The position numbers were made by a program, and so were the translations under genes. Below are positions 46,033 to 55,951 of a stretch of 60,144 nucleotides of DNA, piece after piece; positions within the stretch are counted from its first letter, which is position 1, and each line of letters starts with the position of its first letter. The notes under the pieces are model-generated. The model had not been told where the DNA came from. It saw only the letters and a program-made list of their open reading frames with translations, and made no database searches. Source of the stretch: a virus (taxonomy: Duplodnaviria > Caudoviricetes); the IMG/VR virus record IMGVR_UViG_3300025632_000016, positions 1 to 60,144 of that record. The stretch is one strand, 5' to 3'.

Positions 46033-46676
46033 GGCATATTAGAATAGACTCAGGAACATCGCCTCTTTTTGGTAAGGCATTAAGGCTAGACGGTATCAAT
46101 CAATATGGTAATTACGCAACGCCAATAGCGATAACGACTGGCACAACTATTTCGGTTTGGTTTAAAGCTAAAGATACTAATTGGGACGGTACGCTTTTCG
46201 GAGACAGCACATCTAATACAGTAGGATGTAATATTCAGTCTCCCACATCTATTCATCTAATAAACGGTACTGCTGTAGACTTCGCTGTTCCAGCAATGTC
46301 AGCCAACACTCGCTATCATTGTATGATAGGTATAGGTGCTACAACAACTAAGTTATTTTTAAATGCCGTAGAGAGTAGCTCTGGTGCGCTATCCAATAGA
46401 TTATTTACAATCAACCAAGTCGGAAAATTCGGAACAGTAGCCCCTACTTTTTTGTTTAATGGCGAAATTGATGAAATAGCTATCTGGAATGGTTCGCACG
46501 AGGGGGTATTACAGGATGCAATAGACTTATACAACAGTGGCAACGGAGAGTTAGCCACAAATGTTATTGCATCTCCAGATGTATATACTCGGTTTAATGA
46601 CAGCGATGGCACAGATAGTAGCGGTAACGGTAACACAATGACGTTATTTAATTCACCTACGTTTCCAACATTTTAA
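46029..46676 (+). CDS. LamG / concanavalin A-like jelly-roll protein
   Basis: ALRLDGINQY...TISVWFK...FNGEIDEIAIWN...LYNSG...DSSGNGN; ATGA overlap places the start at 46029. Confidence 0.8.
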   Translation: MRHIRIDSGTSPLFGKALRLDGINQYGNYATPIAITTGTTISVWFKAKDTNWDGTLFGDSTSNTVGCNIQSPTSIHLINGTAVDFAVPAMSANTRYHCMIGIGATTTKLFLNAVESSSGALSNRLFTINQVGKFGTVAPTFLFNGEIDEIAIWNGSHEGVLQDAIDLYNSGNGELATNVIASPDVYTRFNDSDGTDSSGNGNTMTLFNSPTFPTF

Positions 46677-46747
46677 ATTATGAAATATCATCATCGGCTA
46701 AACCGATAATTGATTTTAGCGGTGATTTTTCTTACTTTTGCTGTTAA

Positions 46748-47212
46748 ATGATAAAAGACGACAGTAAAATATTTCTACTAGATAAGCTATTACAAACAGG
46801 GCTTATATTTAAAGACATTAAGTTATTACTTAGTTTACCTAAAACTACTAGCACAAACGAAATACGGGAGATATTATCAGCACCTCTATACAGACTAAAC
46901 ATAAGTCAAGTGATAGCTATTGCATTAGCTTTAAATAAATCCCCTTCATACGTTATTGATGCAGCGCAATTTGGCGGTAAAGACTTAATACAGATGGATG
47001 AGAAGTCTTACAATATGTGGATACATAGACTAGGAACAGAGTCATTAGAGTCAGACGTAAGAAGAAACCTGTCTTGGGCTATGGGAAAGGGTATTGACGT
47101 ACAAGAAATGATATTAGAATACCTAGACAACCACCCCGAAAAAAGAATGAGACGGCTAAAGATTAGCCCCTACCAATATAAGCTCGCTAAAGAAAGAGAA
47201 GAAGCTAAATAG
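46748..47212 (+). CDS. Hypothetical protein, possible XRE-like HTH
   Basis: LNISQVIAIALALNKSPSYVID; promoter TACTTTTG at 46733. Confidence 0.5.
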   Translation: MIKDDSKIFLLDKLLQTGLIFKDIKLLLSLPKTTSTNEIREILSAPLYRLNISQVIAIALALNKSPSYVIDAAQFGGKDLIQMDEKSYNMWIHRLGTESLESDVRRNLSWAMGKGIDVQEMILEYLDNHPEKRMRRLKISPYQYKLAKEREEAK

Positions 47213-47474
47213 ACAGGTCTTGTTCAATTAAAGCCTTGTACGCTGGCACGCCCTTCCATTGTTCTTCATAACTCTCGCTATCCTTTTGAATGAATATAAT
47301 GTATCTAGGAGTGTTGGTATTTATGAAGTGTAGTTCGTCAAATGTTATTCTTGTTATGGTAGCACTCATAGAGCGTATATGCTGACCAACGGTAAATGTA
47401 AACGTTCTAATATCCCCACTATTATACTTATCGTAAGATATGGAGCGTATTTTACCAAAAATTAATTCATCCAT
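47205..47474 (-). CDS. Conserved hypothetical protein
   Basis: KIRSIS...FTVGQ...YIIFIQK...WK pattern seen near terminase genes of Bacteroidota phages. Confidence 0.55.
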   Translation of the reverse strand: MDELIFGKIRSISYDKYNSGDIRTFTFTVGQHIRSMSATITRITFDELHFINTNTPRYIIFIQKDSESYEEQWKGVPAYKALIEQDLSI

Positions 47475-47482
47475 AATGTAAT

Positions 47483-47890
47483 TTGATTGATTTTAAATAT
47501 ATATTTGTGGAAACAAAAATACAAAATGTACAAGTAATGGATTCGCTAAGTAAAATGTTAAATCGGTTAAGACCAAATAATCCGCTATTTAAGGAGCAGC
47601 TTATATCCATAACATCGGTTTACTGCGATGTATTTGACTCCGATACTGTGATGCGGCATTTAGCTGAAGGAACTTTGCGAGAAGAAAAGAACGGAGATGG
47701 CATAGCATATATTCCCTGCATTGAATACTCAAAAGATTTAAACGACTATATATACCCAACAGAAATTATTATAGGGGATGATATTGTAATTCCATTTCCG
47801 CAAGACATAGAGGAATTTAGGTCAATGTGTTTAGCACACGGAATAAAAGTAAGGTTAAATAATCATACAGCACAAAAACTATTTAGATAA
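47483..47890 (+). CDS. Hypothetical protein (likely start 47537)
   Basis: Promoter at 47500-47507; TAATG coupling to the next gene. Confidence 0.55.
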   Translation: MIDFKYIFVETKIQNVQVMDSLSKMLNRLRPNNPLFKEQLISITSVYCDVFDSDTVMRHLAEGTLREEKNGDGIAYIPCIEYSKDLNDYIYPTEIIIGDDIVIPFPQDIEEFRSMCLAHGIKVRLNNHTAQKLFR

Positions 47891-48084
47891 TGGGATATTA
47901 TACAGACGACCAAGATAGAGAAGATATAGACGTTTTGCTACACGAAATGCACATAGCATCCGATTTAGGAATAAACCCTACAAAACATGAAATAAAGCAG
48001 TCTATTTTAGACAAGAATAGATTGGAGTTAGCTATTAAAGAAATAGACGAAGATTACTATAAAGAAATATGTCCTTATGAATAA
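47890..48084 (+). CDS. Small acidic hypothetical protein
   Basis: IDVLLHE...IKEIDEDYY. Confidence 0.6.
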   Translation: MGYYTDDQDREDIDVLLHEMHIASDLGINPTKHEIKQSILDKNRLELAIKEIDEDYYKEICPYE

Positions 48085-48207
48085 AGAAATTGAATTTATC
48101 GAAAATATACTGGCACTAACCAAGTAATTTTTATTGTTTCTAACAAAAGGCTCAGTCACGTTTTAATGTGACTTTAGCTAAAGTTATAAAATGCTTATCT
48201 TTGTAGC

Positions 48208-48528
48208 ATCGCACCAAGAAAGAAACCATATAGCCAATTAAGTGATAGCGCAAAGTATTACAGAAATTCTAAAAAAGCTAGAAAGGTTAAGGCGGCTAAG
48301 GATAAGGAGATAAATTCTCGTCCTGAGCAAAAGAAAAAAAGAGCCGAACTATCAAAAGCTAGGCGTAAGCGAAACATTGTATGTAAAGATACGGGTGACT
48401 TAAGCCACACAAAGAACGGACTAAGATTAAAGTCCGTAAAAGCTAACAGAGGAAGTAAGAGCGATTCATCTGGAGATGTTAGGGCTAGAGGCGGTAAAGC
48501 CAAGAAAAGAAAAAGAGTTAAAAAATAA
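48208..48528 (+). CDS. Basic protein with apparent ATC start, 106 aa
   Basis: (M)APRKKPYSQLSDSAKYYRN...DLSHTKNG...ANRG; no in-frame ATG/GTG/TTG after the TAA at 48187; ATC lies 4 nt after TATCTTTG. Confidence 0.65.
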   Translation: MAPRKKPYSQLSDSAKYYRNSKKARKVKAAKDKEINSRPEQKKKRAELSKARRKRNIVCKDTGDLSHTKNGLRLKSVKANRGSKSDSSGDVRARGGKAKKRKRVKK

Positions 48529-48571
48529 TATTACCTTTGTAAAAAGAACATCTTTTTTCATGTTATCTAAG

Positions 48572-48600
48572 AAGTCCCTGCCGTATGGTGGGGCTTTTTT
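48572..48600 (+). terminator. Intrinsic terminator
   Basis: aagtccctgcc-gtat-ggtggggctt followed by Ts. Confidence 0.65.
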
Positions 48601-48633
48601 GTTTATATTTGTTAAAACTTTAATTTAATAGAT

Positions 48634-48915
48634 ATGACAGACAAGAAAGAGCGAGAAGCTAATATGGCTTATCAGCAATTAGCGCAAGGCGCACAGCAAG
48701 AATTTCAAGCAGAATTACAAAAAGCATCAGCATTAGAGGGTTCCTATAGATTTGCATTAGACTTAGCTGTTCGAGCAGGAGTAACAGAACCTAACGAATT
48801 ACTAGAGTTCGCAGATATAATTGTAGCTAAGACGGATTCATTTTCTGCTGTAAATTTTCACGCACCAGAACCAACGGTAAAACCACCTAGCAATCTTATA
48901 TTGCCAAATGCTTAA
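48634..48915 (+). CDS. Hypothetical protein
   Basis: ORF; promoter at 48604. Confidence 0.6.
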   Translation: MTDKKEREANMAYQQLAQGAQQEFQAELQKASALEGSYRFALDLAVRAGVTEPNELLEFADIIVAKTDSFSAVNFHAPEPTVKPPSNLILPNA

Positions 48916-49741
48916 AGGAGGCATTTTAAACTACATCGCTGTAAAAGTAGACGATGATAAAGCCAATCTATTGAATGGGCTTATAATTGACTCTAATTGG
49001 GGTCACGAGGGTAAGCATATGACACACGATGGCATTGTCGTAGAAAACTCCACAAAGTTAGATGTAGAACTTAACGGTAAGATTTGGTTTGACCATAGAA
49101 TGTGTTGGCTAGATGACAGAAAGTTTTCTAGCGAAGATTGGAATGGTACAACTGAAAAAGGTATATTCTATTATCTTTTACGAGATTCAGAATACGTTCA
49201 GTATGTAAGAGCGATAAATGAAGTGCCTACGAATGGTTTTGTAGGCATTAAGAAGCTGCCAAAGAAAGAAACCACTGACAGCGGTATATATATTCCGCAA
49301 ACCGTAGAGCAGCCTAATGATAGGGGTGTAATCGTAATTGATTGCTACGACTTAAAGAAAGGTGATATTATAATCTACGCAGAGGATAACGACTATCCAT
49401 CAGACCAATTTGAAGGCGAGTGGATGCAAGTAGATGGAAAGGATGTTATATTCACGCATTCTAGCTATATTTTCGCTGTAATCAATGGGGATGAATTAAT
49501 TCCTTTTGGTGATTGGATTATAATGGAGGCTATGGATGATGACGAAGAATGGGTGGACTTTAACGGCATTTATTTACCTAGAAAAGAAAAGGTAACAAAA
49601 GGCTTAGGTAAGGTAGTGTATTCAAACTCATATAAGAAAGACACGCAGCTTATTTATATGAAGCGAGGGTATAACTCATTTGAGTTTAATGGTAATAAGT
49701 ATTACGCTGTAAAAGAAGATAACGTACTAGCAGAATTATGA
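48908..49741 (+). CDS. Tandem GroES-like co-chaperonin protein
   Basis: PTNGFVGIK...ETTDSGIYIP...GVIV...KKGDII; PFGDWIIME...GIYLP...GKVV...FNGNKYYAVKEDNVLAEL; apparently three GroES-like units. Confidence 0.8.
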   Translation: MLKGGILNYIAVKVDDDKANLLNGLIIDSNWGHEGKHMTHDGIVVENSTKLDVELNGKIWFDHRMCWLDDRKFSSEDWNGTTEKGIFYYLLRDSEYVQYVRAINEVPTNGFVGIKKLPKKETTDSGIYIPQTVEQPNDRGVIVIDCYDLKKGDIIIYAEDNDYPSDQFEGEWMQVDGKDVIFTHSSYIFAVINGDELIPFGDWIIMEAMDDDEEWVDFNGIYLPRKEKVTKGLGKVVYSNSYKKDTQLIYMKRGYNSFEFNGNKYYAVKEDNVLAEL

Positions 49742-50076
49742 AGCATAGTTATATAGATAAACTTGATTTACCTGAAGCAAAACGAATACTTAAAAAGGTA
49801 TTTGAAAGCCCTTATTTAGAGGGATATGTTGCGCTGAAAAGTCAAATGGATGATATATCTAGGCAAATTAGTAAAGTGAAGATAATATTCGGTCAAGATG
49901 ATGACGCTTTCGATGAGTTTATAAAGTGGGGCGATAAAATGGAGAAGCTTACCGATGCTATATATAAATTAGAAACTAGAATTGACCCCACGGAACTTGC
50001 GAGAGCAAAGAAAGAAAGACTAAAGCCAAGCGAATTAAAACCAGAGTTCTATGCCCAACAAAGAAAAGACAAGTAA
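49738..50076 (+). CDS. Putative terminase small subunit
   Basis: Helical 112-aa ORF overlapping the TerL start; position only. Confidence 0.4.
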   Translation: MKHSYIDKLDLPEAKRILKKVFESPYLEGYVALKSQMDDISRQISKVKIIFGQDDDAFDEFIKWGDKMEKLTDAIYKLETRIDPTELARAKKERLKPSELKPEFYAQQRKDK

Positions 50077-52114
50077 GGGCATAGAGGAATGTCACGAAAT
50101 TTACTATGATTTCCAAACAAACATACGAGTAGGTGACTATGATTATGTAAGACCCGACCCGCCAGATGTTGGCGATGTGTTTAATTTTGGTTTAGAGAAG
50201 GATGATAGAAAGTTTCCACTACACGATAGGGATATAATAGACACGCTATCTGAAAGCGAACTAATAGAATTTGTAGCAGAAGAACAAAGAAGGCTAGACG
50301 AAGGAATACACTTCTACAATGGCGACCAATTAGAATATGTAACGGGTAAGCATTACTTTATGCTCCAATGGTGGATAATACCATCCGTTAATGATGGTAC
50401 ATACACAACTCCAGATTTCATTGATGCACAGAGAGATGCGTTTTATCATTGGGACTGCACAGAGAACGATAAAGACTCGTTAGGTTCGGTTTGGGGGACT
50501 TGTAGAAGATTTGGGAAGACGAGTTTAGCGACATCTATATGCTATACAATAGCAATGATGCTGGAGGGTGCGAAGTGTTCAATACAATCAAAAACAAACA
50601 AAGACGCAATAGAAATTTTCTTGAAAATACAAGAATCTTGGCAGCGACTACCAGACTTCTTTAAGCCTATTGATACAGGGGAAACAAAAAGAAGCAATGC
50701 AATTTATTTTACAGCACCTCAAAAGAAAAGTTCTAAGGGTGAAACAAAGGAATATCAATATGTATTAGACTCTTGGATTAAACCGTTTCCAGCAAACAAC
50801 ATGGCTCAGGATGGATTAGGGTTTAGATTTGGGTACTACGATGAGGAAGGAAAGGTAGAGAAAGGTGTAGCAGAAGTAGATGAGCGTTGGGAGGTAAACT
50901 CTAAATGCTTTATGTCTAGGGATAAGGTGGTAGGTAAGTCCTTGCATACTACAACCGTAGAGGACATGGAGAGATTTGGGGGTGCTAGATTTAAAAAGAT
51001 TTGGGACAACTCAAACGTAAAGACATTAGACCCTTTACTTGGTAGAACTATAAGTGGATTAAGAAAACTCTTTATACCTGCTGATTACGGGTATAAGGTT
51101 GATGAGTGGGGGTATTCAGATAGAGAATACGCTAGAAGGTTTCACGAAGCTGAAATGGCTAGATTAAGTGGCTCTGAGCTTATATCATACAGAAGGAAAT
51201 ATCCATTAAGAGAATCTGATATGTGGTTAATGGAATCAACAGCAAGTCCTTGGGCGTTAGCTAAGATACAGCAGCAATCACAATATAACGAAGATGAAGG
51301 TATTTACGCAGAAAACAGACGAGGTAACTTCTATTGGAAAAACGGAGAAGAAAACGAAGTAGGTTTTCAAGAAGATAAAGAAAACGGTAGATGGACTGTT
51401 GCGTGGATGCCGCCAACAGAAGATAGAAACCAATACAGAATATCAGAATACGGTAGAGAACCAACAAGAGAACACGTTAGAATAGGTATTGACCCTACAA
51501 ACCTTAAAGCACCCGTAGTAGGAAGCGGCTCAGATAACGCAGCTTACGCAGTTCTTGATATAGGTTATATGGGAAATAAAACACCTAAAGCTGTATGCGA
51601 ATATCTATATAGACAAGACCACCCAACAGACTTTGCAGAGGATATGATAATGATGGCTGTATTCTATTCAGCTAGAGTGTTCGTAGAGAATAACGCAGGG
51701 TCAGTATTGATTCGTCATTTCGAGAATAAGAGATGTGAAGAATACCTAATGTATAACGAATTAGAGAAAGACCAAAAGAAAAAGTTTAAAGAAAGAGGCT
51801 TTTATAACGCAACTAATGGAGGAATACGAGAGAACCTAGTAAACGTCACTAGAGCGCATATTGTAGATGATATAGGTTATATTGAAGTAGACCAAACGGG
51901 TAGCCCTTCTTACGGCTCAATGCCATTCCCTAACCTAATAGAAGATTTACAAGATTTCGAGGTAGACAATTGGACTCCCTACGATGCAACGGTGGCATAT
52001 ATGATAGCAATACTAGCGTGTAAAATGAGTAGAATGAATATAGATACGTCAGAATTATCCGCTCCCGCAGACTTTAATGTAATGAGTTTTCATAAGATAT
52101 ATAAGGTTAAATAA
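50051..52114 (+). CDS. terL: Terminase large subunit
   Basis: CRRFGKTS Walker A, YYDEEGK Walker B, RIGIDP nuclease, FVENN, YDATVA. Confidence 0.92.
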   Translation: MPNKEKTSKGIEECHEIYYDFQTNIRVGDYDYVRPDPPDVGDVFNFGLEKDDRKFPLHDRDIIDTLSESELIEFVAEEQRRLDEGIHFYNGDQLEYVTGKHYFMLQWWIIPSVNDGTYTTPDFIDAQRDAFYHWDCTENDKDSLGSVWGTCRRFGKTSLATSICYTIAMMLEGAKCSIQSKTNKDAIEIFLKIQESWQRLPDFFKPIDTGETKRSNAIYFTAPQKKSSKGETKEYQYVLDSWIKPFPANNMAQDGLGFRFGYYDEEGKVEKGVAEVDERWEVNSKCFMSRDKVVGKSLHTTTVEDMERFGGARFKKIWDNSNVKTLDPLLGRTISGLRKLFIPADYGYKVDEWGYSDREYARRFHEAEMARLSGSELISYRRKYPLRESDMWLMESTASPWALAKIQQQSQYNEDEGIYAENRRGNFYWKNGEENEVGFQEDKENGRWTVAWMPPTEDRNQYRISEYGREPTREHVRIGIDPTNLKAPVVGSGSDNAAYAVLDIGYMGNKTPKAVCEYLYRQDHPTDFAEDMIMMAVFYSARVFVENNAGSVLIRHFENKRCEEYLMYNELEKDQKKKFKERGFYNATNGGIRENLVNVTRAHIVDDIGYIEVDQTGSPSYGSMPFPNLIEDLQDFEVDNWTPYDATVAYMIAILACKMSRMNIDTSELSAPADFNVMSFHKIYKVK

Positions 52115-52169
52115 CTTTATAGTTAATTAATCTTAATTTTAGTATCTTTGTAAAAAGAAATTCAGCAAC

Positions 52170-54707
52170 TTGGATAATATAAAAGCTCAAAAATCCTTTA
52201 GGGGATTCCCAAACCCATTTGATTCTGAAGAGAAGAAAGCTACACGAGAGTATGGTCTAGCTTATCTTAGGGCTATGTGGGGTGAGCATAGTAAGGATGC
52301 TAATAACTTTTTCGACCAAAGAAAGAAGTTCGTTACTTTACGGAACTTTGCTATGGGTACGCCTTCAATTGAGGAGTATAAAGACAGAGATACTTTAGAA
52401 GATGGTAATACATCATTATTATCTAAAGATTTCACTCCCGCAGCAGCAGGGGTATTAAAGAACCTAATCAACATTTCTTCTAACAAGCTAATAGACAGAC
52501 CTTACGATGTAATTGCCACGGCAATAGACAAGGACAGTACAGACAAGTTAGATAACCGAATGAAAGAGATGTTCGGTAAGGTTAAGATTAAAGCCGCTAT
52601 CGCTAAGATGGAAGCGCAAGGTCAAGACACATCGGGCTTAGACAAGATAAAAGAAGAGGTAAAAGACGCTCCAGACACAATAGACGAAGTACAATTTGAT
52701 GCAGAATTAAATTGGAAAACAGAAGAAGAAGAGTCTATTGAAAATGGAATACGATATGTTTACGCAAACAATAGTTTCGAGGAAATAAAGAAAACTATAT
52801 CAAGGGATTTGCACGTTTTAGACAGCGCAGGAACTTGGACTAGGTTCGATATAAACGGTAACATTATAACAGAAGCAATAGACAGAAAAAACTTAATATA
52901 CTCTTATTTCACTAAGCCAGACGCATCAGACGCAACCTATGTAGGCATAGTGCTAGAGATGACTATAAATGAACTAAGACAACGTTCAAACGGAGAGTTA
53001 TCAGAATCAGAACTATTTGACATAGCAAAGAGATATGCAGGAAATAAGGGCAGTGTATCTAATCAGAGTTGGTCATTTGGTTCTTACTACCAAGAAGGGA
53101 TAACCTCAAATGAATATGATAACTTTAATGTTCTTGTTATGTTTGGGCAATTCAAGTCTGAAAACCACAAGGTATGGAGAGAGAAAAAGTCTAAGAAGGG
53201 AAATAGCGTATCATTTGATAAAGTACCTAGTAATTACACAGAGTATTACGAGGATGAAGAAGGAAAGAAAGTTAAGAAAAGAGGCGTAACAGAAGTAATT
53301 AGAAAGTCTGTTATAGACATTTACGAGGGTTACTTAGTATGCGATACAAATAAATGTTTCGGGTACAAAAAGAAAAACGACATAGTAAGACGCATTAAGG
53401 ACAAGGTAATTGACACTAATGCAGAATTTGACATAGTATTCTATACGCCTAACGTGCAAGATACTATGAGTCAAGGGATGACTGAATCAATGATTCCTTA
53501 TGTACGTCAAATGATTAATATAGAGCAGAAGATACAGCACTTAATTAGTCAGGCAAGACCAAAGAACGTTGCAATAGATATTTCCGCCCTACAAGGGGTT
53601 ACATCTGGAATGGGTAGCGGTTTGGTAGACGACAAAGGACTAGCAGAGATTTACGATAAGACGGGTAGAATATACTACCGCTCTCACGATAAGAATGGTA
53701 GACCTCAAACCTTAACGGGTCAACCTCCTATAAGAGAATTAGAAAACGGGTTATCATCAGACGTAGAGAGATTAGTTGGGATATACAATCATTGGGTGAG
53801 TCAAATGTATCAAGTAAGTGGTATAAACCCTACGATTGATGGAACAGCAGCGGCTAAAGGTGCTTTAGTAGGCGTAGAAGAAAATAGAGAATCTGCTTAT
53901 AACTCCGCAACAAAACAACTTACAGACGCATACACTAATATCATAGAGCGCACATCAGATAGGATAGCTTTAATGATTAAGCATAATATAGCTAGAGGCA
54001 TAAAAGTTAACGGCTATAAAATGGCTATGGGTAGCTTGCGAGTAGAAGTGCTTAAAGCAAGTAAAGAACTTACAAATGCTGAATTAGGCATATCAATTAA
54101 GTTTAAGCCGTCAGAACAACAAAAAGCATTGTTTGAAGAGTCTGTTAAAATTGCGATACAACAAGGGCAAATATCAGTGGCAGAAGCTAATAGGTCAAGA
54201 GAGGTATTAGAAGCGGGAAGCTATAAAGCAGCTAACGAATATCTAGCTAGAGCGGCAGACAAGTTTATGCAGAAGGCGCACCAGCGCTCTATTGAATTAC
54301 AGCAAGCTAATGGTCAAATTCAGATTCAAAGTAATCAAGCGGCAAAAGCAGCAGACTTAGAATTAATGAAAATAGAGCATAGTTTCGCTATGCAAAAAAT
54401 GCAAGCTGAGTATCAATTTAAGGCTGAATTAGAGAAAGTAAAAGCGGGCGAAGGAAGATTAGGAACTGTTTTAAAAGGCGAAGTAGACCAAGACTTGATA
54501 AAAACAAGTATGAATATGGACGCAGAAACAGAGGTATTAAACAACACTCCAAGTGGAAGAACATCTTCTTCATTAACATATAAGCCTAATTCCGTACCTA
54601 GTGGTGGTGGCGGTCAGCGGGGAATACCGCAGCCTGCAAGAAGCACACCTAGACCAGCAGATGACGCACAGAAAAGAGCCGCATCAACGGGTCAAACACA
54701 GGCTTAG
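52170..54707 (+). CDS. Portal protein
   Basis: 845 aa after TerL; MTINELR, IYEGY, IYDKTGRIYYRS, PPIREL and VSGIN motifs of crAss-like portals. Confidence 0.85.
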   Translation: MDNIKAQKSFRGFPNPFDSEEKKATREYGLAYLRAMWGEHSKDANNFFDQRKKFVTLRNFAMGTPSIEEYKDRDTLEDGNTSLLSKDFTPAAAGVLKNLINISSNKLIDRPYDVIATAIDKDSTDKLDNRMKEMFGKVKIKAAIAKMEAQGQDTSGLDKIKEEVKDAPDTIDEVQFDAELNWKTEEEESIENGIRYVYANNSFEEIKKTISRDLHVLDSAGTWTRFDINGNIITEAIDRKNLIYSYFTKPDASDATYVGIVLEMTINELRQRSNGELSESELFDIAKRYAGNKGSVSNQSWSFGSYYQEGITSNEYDNFNVLVMFGQFKSENHKVWREKKSKKGNSVSFDKVPSNYTEYYEDEEGKKVKKRGVTEVIRKSVIDIYEGYLVCDTNKCFGYKKKNDIVRRIKDKVIDTNAEFDIVFYTPNVQDTMSQGMTESMIPYVRQMINIEQKIQHLISQARPKNVAIDISALQGVTSGMGSGLVDDKGLAEIYDKTGRIYYRSHDKNGRPQTLTGQPPIRELENGLSSDVERLVGIYNHWVSQMYQVSGINPTIDGTAAAKGALVGVEENRESAYNSATKQLTDAYTNIIERTSDRIALMIKHNIARGIKVNGYKMAMGSLRVEVLKASKELTNAELGISIKFKPSEQQKALFEESVKIAIQQGQISVAEANRSREVLEAGSYKAANEYLARAADKFMQKAHQRSIELQQANGQIQIQSNQAAKAADLELMKIEHSFAMQKMQAEYQFKAELEKVKAGEGRLGTVLKGEVDQDLIKTSMNMDAETEVLNNTPSGRTSSSLTYKPNSVPSGGGGQRGIPQPARSTPRPADDAQKRAASTGQTQA

Positions 54708-54757
54708 GTTTTTGTTAAAAAATCTTATTAATTTTGTATATATCAATTTAATTTATT

Positions 54758-55924
54758 ATGGACGGAATAGAAATAAACACTAGCTTAGGAAAAAGCAAGG
54801 ACGAATATAGTTCTTTGAAATCAGAAGAGGTTGCACAAGAGGCAACTGAAGTAGTAGAAAACGAAACTCCCGTTGCAGAAACGGAAGAACCTATAAAAGA
54901 TGTGATAGTGGAAGATGCTGTCGCAGAAGATAACGTGTCCCAACCTCCATCGGTTGAGGAGCAAGCACCAGAACTAAATGAAGATTTGGTGCGCTCTAAA
55001 GCCAAAGAATTAGGTTACTTGACGCAAGAGGACTTCGAGGCTCAAAAGCAAGAATGGTTAGAATCACAATCAAATGTAACAGCAGAAAGTGATTTTATCA
55101 AACGAGCGAGAGAGTTAGAAGCGCAAGGGTACGACTTAAATGATAACAGCTATTGGTCTTTAGCAACTAGAGATTACGATAATTATGATTTAAACGATGT
55201 AAACCAAGCATTAGATGTTGTGTTAGAGGGATATAAATTAGATTTTCCTAATGTATCAGAAGAAAAGCTAATAGCTAAGTTAGAGAATGATTATGACGCT
55301 TTGTATGACGAATACTCTACACCAGAGGACAGGGAGCATCAACGAGCGAAAGCTGACTTAGACATAAAGGCTGAAACTTACTTAGGTAAGCTAAAAGAAA
55401 GACAAGAAAATGCAAAGCCACCTATGAATCCGCAGGATGAACAAAGGATAACGGCTCAAGAAGAAGAAAAAAGGCTACAAACTTTCCTTCCAAAAGCGGA
55501 GAGACAGTTTAAGGCAAAGGTTAATGATTACTTTAATAATAATAGTGCTTACGATATTAAAGTAGGGGATGACGTAATACAATACGAGTTATCAAAAGAA
55601 AACGTAGGCACATTGAATGAAGCTTTAGGAGACATCTTTAAGAATAACTTCAAATTATTAATTGACGAAAACGGCTCTATAGAAAATCGTGTTAAGGACG
55701 AAGGTTTAGCAGTCACAGTCGAGAATTTAATTTGGCAAAACCCAGAGTTAAGGTCTGGTATTCATAAGAAGATGTTGGAGCACAATTCAGCTAAGAATAA
55801 AAAAGAAGCGGTTAATGACTTAACTAATGCATCTTTACCTGAAACCACAGCCAAACCTAATGAGGTTGCTAAGGATAGGAACGCAGACGCATATAGAAAA
55901 GCCCATATACCGACAATTATGTAA
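54758..55924 (+). CDS. Scaffolding protein (putative)
   Basis: Acidic helical protein between portal and capsid genes. Confidence 0.65.
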   Translation: MDGIEINTSLGKSKDEYSSLKSEEVAQEATEVVENETPVAETEEPIKDVIVEDAVAEDNVSQPPSVEEQAPELNEDLVRSKAKELGYLTQEDFEAQKQEWLESQSNVTAESDFIKRARELEAQGYDLNDNSYWSLATRDYDNYDLNDVNQALDVVLEGYKLDFPNVSEEKLIAKLENDYDALYDEYSTPEDREHQRAKADLDIKAETYLGKLKERQENAKPPMNPQDEQRITAQEEEKRLQTFLPKAERQFKAKVNDYFNNNSAYDIKVGDDVIQYELSKENVGTLNEALGDIFKNNFKLLIDENGSIENRVKDEGLAVTVENLIWQNPELRSGIHKKMLEHNSAKNKKEAVNDLTNASLPETTAKPNEVAKDRNADAYRKAHIPTIM

Positions 55925-55951
55925 AACAATTTTTTTAAACAATAAATAAAA

